A DNA stretch of 64,000 bases from NCBI RefSeq assembly GCF_963506605.1, contig NC_083288.1, positions 30,194,001 through 30,258,000 of the forward strand, read 5' to 3'. Every line of letters begins with the position of its first letter. Position 1 is the first letter of the stretch. The notes under the pieces were generated by a model that saw only the letters and a program-made list of their open reading frames with translations, had not been told where the DNA came from and did not search any database. Both the position numbers and the translations under genes were made by a program. This DNA is from Zootoca vivipara (Eukaryota). Below are positions 21,501-31,800 of the stretch, in pieces.

Positions 21501-24500
21501 TGTGGTAGATATTTTGGGCATGCCACTCCTGCTACCTGCCATTCCGCTGGGTGAACACTTAAGGACTCAAGAGCATCAGACCAAACCAACCACCTACCCA
21601 TGCTGGCAGCTAGAGAAATGTTGATTAAAATTGCCTTGCCCAGGAGTAGCTAGTATGCTTGTTGTTGTTTAGTCATTTAGTCGTGTCCGACTCTTCGTGA
21701 CCCCATGGACCATAGCACGCCAGGCACTCCTGTCTTCCACTGCCTCCTGCAGTTTGGTCAGACTCATGTTCATAGCTTTGAGAACACTGTCCAACCATCT
21801 CATCCTCTGTCATCCCCTTCTTCTTGTTCACCCAATCTTTCCCAACATCAGGGTCTTTTCCAGGGAGTCTTCTCTTCTCATGAGGTGGCCAAAGTATTGG
21901 AGCCTCAGCTTCAGGATCTGTCCTTCCAGTGAGCACTCAGGGCTGATTTCCTGAAGAATGGATAGGTTTGATCTTCTTGCAGTCCATGGGACTCTTAAGA
22001 GTCTCCTCCAGCACCATAATTCAAAAGCATCAATTCTTCAGCTATCAGCCTTCTTTATGGTCCAGCTCTCACTTCCATACATCACTACTGGGAAAACCAT
22101 AGCTTACCTAGTATGCTGACCTAAGCTTACTTTCATCCTGCCCACACATAATACCAATTGTGAGATCAGAAGCCATTTAGCTAAATCACAATCACTCAGC
22201 TCCAAAGATTCCAATTGCAAGGCAATGTGGAATTAGCAAAAAAGAAAGATGGGGGGGGGGGGAGAGACTCAGAAGCCAAGTAAGGAGTATTCTTAAAAAT
22301 TAGTCAGTGACTGACTAATCCCACAGTACTCAGGGTGGGTGGGCAACATGTTGCGCTGAATACAGAGGTTTCTGGGATGGGTCCAGCCCTTAGAAAGTTA
22401 AGTGCCAGCCCAACACTGATTGGCCCTAAAGCACTCCATGAATTCTCACTGTCACCCTCCATTTTGGAGGAAGTCCCTTGAGACTTTCTACTCGGTTGGA
22501 AAGGGCAAATTCCCCCCCCCCATTATATGTACAAGGGGCAGCATATCTGTAAAATTGCAGTGTCTTGCATGCATATCCTACCTGAGGAATCTTGTACGCA
22601 TTTAAGAATGTGGCCATGTATTGAGTGACTTCAGAGTCAAGTCCCCCAATGGCAGCTATCAGATTCTTCTGTGTGTCACACTTATAGTTAGGGACAATCT
22701 CTTTCAGGCTAAAGAGAAGATTTAGTGTAGTCTGATAAGTCATCTTGGCATTGAAGTAGCTGTCATAGATGTGGAATCCCAATGAAACATTTGGTAAGAT
22801 CCTGGGATTCTCATTGATCTCCTTCAGTGCAAATACCAAGGACAATACATGCTGGTAGTTTTTTGTCACTACACTGCAATAAAAATATATACCACATTAA
22901 ACCAATATTTTAGACCTCATAAATAACTGTTCTTGCAAAGACATCTGTTTTTGGGTCTGACATCATGTTCATCAGTATTCCAAAGCAATGTGTATATGAC
23001 TTCAAACTACAAATAACTGAAACAAAAATAGATGGGATCACTTTAAGAGGATGGCTTTTTGATGTCTGTGAGCTGCTTACCTTCTTGTTAATTTAAGCAA
23101 ACTTTTTGAATTTGAAAAGAAAGAGAGAGGGATGGGTTGATACTGTTCTTAAACATTTTATGCTATTCATATTTCTGGAGCTCTGTTGATAATAAAGCAA
23201 GCAAGGGAGAATTTTGTATCCAAACAAACTTCAATTGGTTCTGCATTCAACCAAAATTGTTATATCTGCTGTTAAAATAATATATGAATGGGTGTAATGT
23301 TCTCTCAAAATCTAGTTTAAACTATGAACCTTCATTGCAATGATTATTTCAATTTATTTTTCTTACTAAAAAAATTAACCAGAAAACCATTAAGAGGAAT
23401 ATAAATTGAAAACATTTTTGAACGGTGTGAGTTCTATGGGCAGCAAAGAACATCAGCTAGTGTGTGCTTCAATAAAATCTGCCCTGCATAATGGAAAGTT
23501 GTATAATTTTGTTTGTGAAAAAATGAAAATACTTTATAGGAAATCAGGGGACCATGATGCTGCTTAATGAAAATGTATCTCACATTTACATTGTGCACAC
23601 AATAGCCCCCCCTTATGCCTCAGTGGCATATTGAATGCCAGGACTGTCCATAATTTTCCAGGCTACAATATGGTGGTAGATAGATAGTTATGTTATAAAT
23701 TTCATCATCCTGACCAGCACATTCTCAAAGCACTGTCAAAAAGCATTCAGTCATGAAATCAGGATCCTAAATGCTCTCCCACCAGCTTCGTATATTTATA
23801 ATTCTCACAATGTGTTTATTTTTAAATGGAGAATGCAGTTGATAGTGAAAGGGGTGATTGAAGAAAGGACTTATGAAAAATACCAGAAATTGAGATTGTA
23901 ATGCTGCATTATTTGCCACCCTGGCTACTGGCAAAAATGGGATAAAGAAGAAACTACAGTGATTGGCATAACAAGAGACAGAGAATATCTGAAGATTAAA
24001 TTCAATGGATATTGTGCAAACCTCAAATGACTGTTGGGCAGCAGAAATTGATAGACCTGACAAGCTGTGGCAGACCTTGGCTCTCAAATTTCAGCAGCAC
24101 ACTGTACAACGCTGAAATGCCTCTCCCCTCCTGCTGCCTCCACTCATGTTCCATTCTATAGCACTATTTTGGTGCGCCCTTGAAGTGCTGTGCCCAGTGT
24201 TTCTACACTGGTCATACCACTCTGAAAACACATCTGTGACAAGCGTATATGACTTCCCTAGATAACACCCTCTGCTTTTGCCATGAGACCTTATCTGCAG
24301 TTTTGCCTTCATGGGATGTGTCCTTGAACTCTGGATGATGTATTTTTTGATGTATGAACATGGGTGGATGTGTGTGGGGAGTGGGTGTATAGAAACATCT
24401 TGACATTTGCATGACTGGAAGGTAGCCTACTCTACAGAGCCAAGAATAATTTCTACTGTTCCACCCAATTTTAGCTCTGGCAAAATCCATGTACTCAGTT

Positions 24501-24893
24501 CCCTTTGGCCATACCCATCACTGGAATACAGCCCCTGGGAAGATGCTACATAAGGGAACATGGCATCTGAGCTTATTATTTTCCCCCACCGCATATCAAT
24601 GGGATTATTATAAACTGCATGTTAGTATTTTATAAGAGACAGGAAGTTCCTTACACAGGATCCCCAATAAGCATTGTATTGGGGTGTTGATTGAATTCTA
24701 TGGTGCCAAAAAATGTGAAAAACTGTGAAGAAATACCACCAATGATAATGTCACCTGGATGATAATACTCATGTGGGATCTGGAAGGGATCACTCCTCCT
24801 GCAAATAATTGGGTGCATCCTGCACTCAATCAGAGGGTGAAACACCAACCGCAAAATCAGTAGCCACAGCAACAAAAACAGCATTGCAAACAT
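15583..24893 (-). CDS. V2R gene C, complete, about 874 aa. Exons: 24655-24893, 22582-22873, 20345-21193, 18705-18926, 17774-17900, 15583-16478
   Basis: Exon lengths 239/292/849/222/127/896 sum to 2625 nt with an open frame and the same V2R motifs. The ancestral exon-6 acceptor reads TG. An in-frame TAG acceptor lies 6 nt downstream, so the exon-6 start is inferred. Confidence 0.87.
17098..17501. repeat. Two ~100-bp direct repeats (17098-17199, 17399-17501) in V2R-C intron 5
   Basis: ctgggaaccctccacctcctcccca..ccgcaatacaga.tgag duplicated with few mismatches. Probably part of an inserted element. Confidence 0.85.
20127..20267. mobile_element. Short palindromic non-autonomous DNA element (related decayed copies near 11220, 12983, 38613, 44082, 56500, 61940)
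   Basis: gggttgtatccaa..ttgggtacaaccc termini with an internal cagagta..ccat.gaaat / atttcaatgg..ctgag palindrome. Confidence 0.6.
21660..22107 (-). mobile_element. BovB (RTE) LINE, 5'-truncated 3' end
   Basis: Diagnostic tcgtgtccgactcttcgtgaccccatggac and gaggtggccaaagtattggag, (CAA)n tail, 10-bp TSD ctagtatgct (21650-21659 and 22108-22117). Confidence 0.92.
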
Positions 24894-25044
24894 AACCGAG
24901 AATCCTTTTTTCCCCCTTGAGCAAAATCTTAGTATCAGTTGTCTCCTGACTCTGTTGGTCAACAGTGATACTTTCTGGCCTGTAAAACTTTCAGCTTCCT
25001 TTCATGTTCACAGTCTGTCCTCAAGAGCACTGAAAGGCACAAGC

Positions 25045-25270
25045 ATATTTTACAGTATATGTATTTTCATCTTGATTCTGCAAGTAGTCATTGAAAATCC
25101 ATGTTGCTTTGGACCAGAAAGCAGATAACCATAATTTGAGATAATTGCATGGTCCACAGCTGCATCCCCAAGGTATTCTGCTCATGGGCAGAATAGCTGA
25201 AGAAAACTTGTTTACTGGGTGGCGTCTCATATCTGTTTCCCTATTGAATCAAGAGCAGGAAAAATCATCC
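25045..25270 (-). promoter_or_regulatory. Putative V2R-C promoter module (TATA disrupted)
   Basis: Same conserved blocks (aaatccatg, ccataattt..ataatt, gctgaagaaaac), but the TATA position reads CATATACTGTAAAA. Confidence 0.45.
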
Positions 25271-25439
25271 AGAATAGACAAGATTTGGAATGAAGCCATA
25301 GAGCAGTGATAAGGAAGCTGTGGCCCTTACATATGTTATGGAACCCCAAATTCTATCAACCCCAGCCACAGGGCCAGCCGACCTATGAAAAAAGGGGAGG
25401 CAACTGCCTCAGGTATCAGGATCCATAGGGAGAACAGAT

Positions 25440-25781
25440 CCCATACAGTACTATCCCTAGTACTTCAAAACTACCACAAAAGTGCCTGGCTTAAAACAGT
25501 CTACCAAAAACTTGAGCATCAGAACAACCTGGCCACTATAAGGAAATTCTGCTCATGGTATGATCAATTTCCATCTTCCCATTTTGATTCTCTGGCTCCA
25601 TACCTGCACAAACTAGCTATCCCAAAATACAGACATGCTTTCACACTCGCAAGACTGAACGTTTTGCCATTGCTGTACTTGAGGGCCGATTCCAAAATAT
25701 CCCGCATGAGAAACACCTTTGCTCCTGTGGAGATGGTAGCACCGAAACAGTGGCACACGTCCTCCTGTCTTGCACTCTTTA
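25440..25781 (+). mobile_element. RTE-X-like LINE ORF2 C-terminal fragment
   Basis: APYLHKL..YRHAFTLARLNVLP..LEGRF..CSCG..ETVAHVLLSC (Zn-knuckle), frameshifted. Confidence 0.6.
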
Positions 25782-25929
25782 AAAAGACCCAGGGGCGTCG
25801 CTAGCCTTCTGGCTGCCCAGGGCAGCAAACCAGAAGGCACCCCACCAGGGGGCAGGGCGTTCGTCATGTGCATGCGTCGCACTATGGGACGGGTTGCCAC
25901 CGCCGCTCCGTAGTGGAGGAGCAAACTGC

Positions 25930-26204
25930 TCCGTAGTGATTTTGCTCCTCGGCGCTCTGCCTGAGCAGGAGAAAGCAAAAGCACTACAAAGCAGTTTGCC
26001 ACCGCCACCGCCACTCTAGCATCGGGATCTGGGTGTTGGAGCGGCGGCGGCAGCAGCAAACTGTTCTGTGGCACTTTTGCTTCCTCCTGCTCAATGCATT
26101 CCTATGGGAAATCGCGTTTCCAATGGCGTTTTTCAACTTATGAATTTTTCGACTTACAAAGGTGCCTTTGGAACGGATTAAATTCGTAAGTCGAGGCACC
26201 ACTG
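25930..26204. mobile_element. Half of a Tigger-like MITE (family of 13834-14140)
   Basis: Shares aatgcattcctatgggaaat..cggattaaattcgtaagtcgagg..ccactg|ta. Confidence 0.75.
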
Positions 26205-26206
26205 TA

Positions 26207-26860
26207 TCTGACTCCTGCCCCCTTTGCAGGATGTATATAAGGGTAAACCACCCAAAGGGTAGAATGCTTCGGGGGACCCCACCTGCATCTCCCTGGTGTT
26301 CCCTGAGGCGTGGCATGGCCCTAGCCCTAGCCCCTCAAGCCGACTTTGGACAGGATCCAGGCCTTGTATTCCTTTAATGGAATACCCTTGAACCATGGGA
26401 GGGGCAGGCAATGGCTGACCTCGCCTCCCCCACTCAAAAGTAAGCCAGTGCCTAACTGCCTAACCTTACAAAGTTATGACAATTGCTAAGAGGTAGGCAA
26501 AAACCAAGTAGCCAGTGCCAATTTTGCCAAATGGAAAAATTCCTACCCGGTCCCCATCCCAAGGCGGGCAACCAACCGAAATTCAAAGCAAGGCCAGAAG
26601 ACACCTAAATAAAAGGGAGGGTGGGAGGGTGATCAGCAGCACAAAGCAAGTGCTTGGCACAAGTCGCGCTGCTGCTTTTAAACTCCTCCTCACGATTACC
26701 CTTCAAATTGATTGGGCAATTAGCCCTGGATAATCGTGGTGCCACCCTGGCATGAGGGTAATGACTCCTCCCGTGCCAGGGTGGGGGGAGCGGATTGAGG
26801 GCCTGCCCACAACCAGGACCATCCAGTAAGATGATCCCACTTATTGGATTATGGTCCATG
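26207..26860 (-). mobile_element. Ngaro/DIRS-like (tyrosine-recombinase retroelement) non-coding fragment
   Basis: Reverse-complement homolog of 45680-46610 (gtaggaatttt.cca.ttggc..ttggtttt.gcctac..tagcaa.ttgtca.aact). Family name from recognition only. Confidence 0.5.
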
Positions 26861-27572
26861 CAGTGTTAACAGAAGTCATGGAAATGTAAGCACCAAAGTT
26901 GAGTGTAAACAGCCTGCTATAAGGCACAGAAGTTTTGAAACACTGTTTAACTTTTCTTGATGGCCTATCTTCTTCATTATTTTAATCTTTTTAAATTTCT
27001 AGTTGTCTCCCTCATGATTCTATCTTGATAGCCACCAACTTGCATAGCTTTAAAAGAGGAGTAGACAAATTCAAATACAGTATATGGCTATGAATGGCTT
27101 CAAACTTGGAGGACTATGATTTCCCACCACTGCCAGCATTTGTATATTTCTCAAGACAGTAGCTTGATGTTGTAATTGGGGATAATGCTGTTGCATTCAG
27201 CTCCTATATGTATGCTTCCCACATGCATTTGGTGTTGCTGGACTAGATGGGTTATTGGCCCGATCTCCATAGGTTGTGCCCATGAGGAGCTGCAGATAAC
27301 ATTTTAGAAAACAATATTTTCTGGACTGTAGCCAGGAATTCAGTAAACATGTCTAACTTGTTGGTCTTGTGGTAACCTGATCAGCTTTGGTGTTGGACAT
27401 CTGGGTTCAATTCCCATAAAATTTCATGGAAATTTTATATATAATTTTATAGATTTAATCAATAATTTTATAGATTTAATCTATAATTTTATAGATTAAA
27501 AGAGGGGACCAAGCTTGCAAGCAAAAGATACCAGCTTCAGTCCTCTGTACCATTGCAAATGATAGTAAAGAT

Positions 27573-28421
27573 CAGGGGCGTAGCAAGGGTGCGATGGGGG
27601 GCGGTCCACCCTGGGTTCCACTCGGGGGGGGGTGACAGTCGGAACCCCACCAGGCCCGGCTCTAGGTGCAGTCCCAGTGGCGTGGGGCGCCAGGGCGCGG
27701 ACTGGCGTGGGGCGCTGCACGGCGAAGCTGCGCGGCGAAGCAGCGCGGAAGCAGTGCTGTGCGCTGTGAGGGCGGGGGCGCCGGAGCGATCTCCGCACCT
27801 CAGCGCCAGGGCGCCGACCTGCTCGAGACGGCCCTGCACCCCACCCCATGACTCCGAAGCCGAGCCCCTTCAGCCTCCCGATAAAAAGCCCACTCGGTGC
27901 GCCGTGCCACGCCGAGCGGGCTTTTTACCTGGAGGCTGGAGGCTCAGCTTGGGAGTTGGGGAGTACCAACTGTCACCCCCCCTCCAGCTCCAGGGTGGCA
28001 CCCGCCCACCGCACTGAGTGAGGCTTTCTACCGGGAGTCTGGAGGCTCCATTTTGAAGTTGGGGGGGCGATCCCCCTCTATGTAGTATGCATGCGCAGCT
28101 TCGTTATTTAGTGATGCGTGCGTACTACATAGAGGGGAGTCGTGGCCCCCCCATTACTTCAAAATGGAGCCTCCAGTTCCAGCCTCCCAGTAGAAAGCCT
28201 TGTTTGGCACGGCGCGGTGCCAGCGGCATGCACCAGCAGGATTTCTACCAGGAGGCTGGACGCTCCGTTTTGAAGTCACGGGGGCGTGACCCCCCCTCTA
28301 TATAGTGTGCATGCGCAGCTTTGTTACGTAGTGATGCATGCGTCATTACGTAGTGACGCATGCACGCTACGAGCGACGCTCCCCTCTGGTGCACGGCAAT
28401 TTGCGGCTTCCTCCCCCACTG
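27573..28421. mobile_element. CpG-rich non-autonomous hAT element (849 bp)
   Basis: Perfect 8-bp TSD gtaaagat (27565-27572 and 28422-28429). Imperfect TIRs caggggcgtagcaag and cagtgggggaggaag. Confidence 0.8.
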
Positions 28422-28883
28422 GTAAAGATTCCTGGTTGTGAGGCTGGAGAGCCTCTGCCAATCAATGGATACAATCAGTGAAACAGAATTCTTCTGATTC
28501 AAATGGATTTTTATATGTATTATAAATCACTTTTACCTCACTGTTTAGCCAAAATGGATTGCAGAGCACTTTACAAAAATCAGTAGTGAAATGGTTGTAA
28601 TCTTCAAGCTTATAATCTTAATGGACATGACATGCAAAGCAAGAAAATGTGAGGTATGACGAATAAATCAAACTCAGGCACTATTGCTTAATAACTTAAG
28701 TTGTCATTGGACCATTCATTGAACTAATGAAACAAAGAACTGGCATAACACAAAGGTAGTCAGACCATCTCTGACTATTTGAAACAAATGTATGCTCATC
28801 TCTTTTTGACCATTTTATTTCCAAAAATAAAATGACACCATAAAGACACCAGCAGTGAAGAACACTATCCAAGTTTTGAATCC

Positions 28884-31800
28884 TTAGTTATTTCTCCTTG
28901 TTATATTTTCCTTGCAGTTTAGCTGAGGCCTCAGGGCAATTATATAACATTTAGGGGCAAATATACAACCCAATAAACCAGAACTAGAGGACAAGATGGA
29001 GAAGATCTCCACAGCCACCATGTATTTCCCCTTTGTGCTCAGGTAAGTTGGCACAAAAGAGACCCACACACTGCAAAACACCAACATGCTGAAAGTGATG
29101 AACTTGGCTTCATTAAAAGTGCTGGGCAAAGACCTAGCAAGAAAAGCCACAGCAAAGCTGACAAGAGCCAGGAATCCCAGGTACCCAAGAACAGAATAAA
29201 ACATAGGGACAGACCCTTCATTACATTCAAGCACAATTTCTTTAGCCAAAGTGTCCATGTCCAAATGTGGGAACGGAGGAGCAGTAAGGAGCCACACAGT
29301 ACAAAGAGCTCCTTGAATGACGGTGCAGGAGAAAACAATAGAAGCTGCCAGTCTTCTCCCCACCCAGTTCCTCATCCTGGATCCTGGTTGTGTGGCCATG
29401 AATGCCAAAATCACTGTGATGGTTTTTGCCAACACGGAAGAAACAGCCATGGTGAAGATGAGAGCGAAAACAGTTTGTCGTAGAAGGCAAGCTATTGTTT
29501 GAGGCTGGCCAATGAAGAGCAAGGAGCAGAGGAAGCACAGCAGGAGGGCAATAAGCAGAGTGTAGGTTAGACCCCGGTTATTGGCTTTGACAATGGGACT
29601 GTTGTGGTGTTTAATGAATATCCCTAATACCAAAGCAGTGATGACAGAAAATGAAAGTGCCATGAAAATTAAATTGATGCTTAAAGCATCATCATATGAC
29701 AGAAAATGCAAAACCTTGGGAAGGCATCCATCTTGGTCTCCATTTGGATACTGATCTTCTGGACATTTGATACAAATGTCCATTTCTGGAGCAGAAAGGA
29801 ACAATGATATATCCATCTCTCATACAAATACATATTAATCTGACTTTCCTCTCTGAAATTATGGAAAAGCAACTTGCACAATCCCACAGAAAGAGCTTTG
29901 CTAACTTTACAAACATCAAATAAGAAATAAGAAAACAAAGCAAAACACATATCCCTTTGATTTTCCTCCCTCCCCTTTGTGGATCCTTATGTTATAACTA
30001 TTCCACCTGCATCTCCTTTATAATTCCAGTTTTTACTAATCCTTGATTATTTCTTATTTCTTTTTTTTTACATCAATCCTACGAATGAATTTAGTTGTTT
30101 ACAATAATTTTTCAAATAACTTATATACTTTCCCCATTCTTTATTAAAAGTTAGCTCTTCCTTGTTTCTAATTCTTCCTGTGAGTTTTGCCATTTCAGCA
30201 TAGTCTATTAGTTTTATCTGCCACTCTTCCTTGGTTGGAACTGCATCTTCTTTCAATCTCTGGGCTAGCAGCATCCTGGCAGCAGTTGTTGCATATACAA
30301 AAAGTTTTTTTCTGATCCGTTGGTATCTCCACACCAACAGATCAGAAAGTAAGGGGTGGGAACATGGCCAGATTTGGGTGAAAGCCTGGCCAGGGTGAAG
30401 GTGGTCGTTATCTTATATACCTGCTGGGATTGACAAGGCATCTGACCCTCACCTGAATCTCATAACTCTCTTGACAGGTGATTTGGTCTGCAGCCACAGT
30501 GTGGAAATAAAGGATGAGATTGCCCGACAGATACCAGGCACTCTACTTTTTAAATTAGGCCCCAGTGTTTTTCTTACAATCCCCTTCTCAATGAAGTAAT
30601 CAATTTTAATCTAGAGTTTAAATTTTCAAGTTTCTTATTTGTTAATTTGAGCAAGTAAACTACTGCTCTCACTTCATTACAAAGAGTATTTCTACCTGCA
30701 ACCTTCCTTTCACGGATATTTTGTTGCCATTTGCAACTGTAGCTGCCTCTGATCTTTTAACTCTTTGGGAAAATAATTAGCTCATCACACGACATGTGCA
30801 TGGGAGTTGCCAAACCAATTAACCAACTAGAAGGATTGTTAATAGCACCAATTTTCCTATAACTTGATATTGCTGGATAGTTTTGATGAACTGCCAAACC
30901 ATTTTTAGTTTGCTTTCTGTTGCCACCCTGGAACTTTTCTTTATTAGTGCCACTTTGTTTTGCACAATTTCTTGCAAATGAAGGAAAACAACTTTTCTGC
31001 TTGTATATGTTGATAATATAATTTTGGTTACTGAGAGCAAACAAGATTGTACAAAAACAAGATTGGGTGCAGGCCTGGCCAGGACATAGATGTCCTGACT
31101 GTGACAAAGGTGACCTGTGTGCTTGCTTGCTTGCTTGCTTGCTTAACAGCTGTTGGGAACTTCAAGGTCCCTGCTCTTCCTTCTTGTGGTCTTTGTACTG
31201 GACCTGGAGACTCCAATAGAGAGCATTCCATGTCAAGAAGAAGGGCAAGTGGGCATCCTATCAAATGACAGGGCAGGAGCTACACGGAGCAGGGCCTTTT
31301 CAGTGGCGGTGCCCATTGTATGCCTCGCTCTTCCCATACCTGTTCTCTTTTGGCCTGTATTTTTTTGGAGCTTTATAATTTAGGAAGACATTGGAAGAAC
31401 TGGTTGACAAGTCTTATCAATCACTGACGTATGAGAGGATTTTATTTGCTGCTATTCTGGGCTTCTGGTGCACCAGGGTTTACACCAGTGTAATAGAGTT
31501 GGCCAGGATGCCAGAAGGGATACAATTTTACGAGCTTTCTCCATCATCTACATAGCAGGGGTGTTCAGTAAACAGTGCAAAGGCTGAGCTGAAGCATTCC
31601 CTGCTGGTTACCTGCTTTCAGCAATAGGGGTCACTGTTTTGTAGTACCCAATTGGTTAGCTATCAAATTCTAGAGCTCCCTATTGGTGGCTGTTAGGTAA
31701 TTCACAAAATACAAAGTCATTTCATAAAACACAGTGTTCATTCATAAAGCACTAACATAAATTTCCATTGCTACATATTGGGTGTATATTTCAGCGGTTG

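Noticed and set aside
27496-28305. 100-150 aa ORFs in GC-rich blocks (also 57038-58111)
   Set aside because: Low-complexity Arg/Pro/Gly frames inside non-autonomous transposons, with no recognisable domain.
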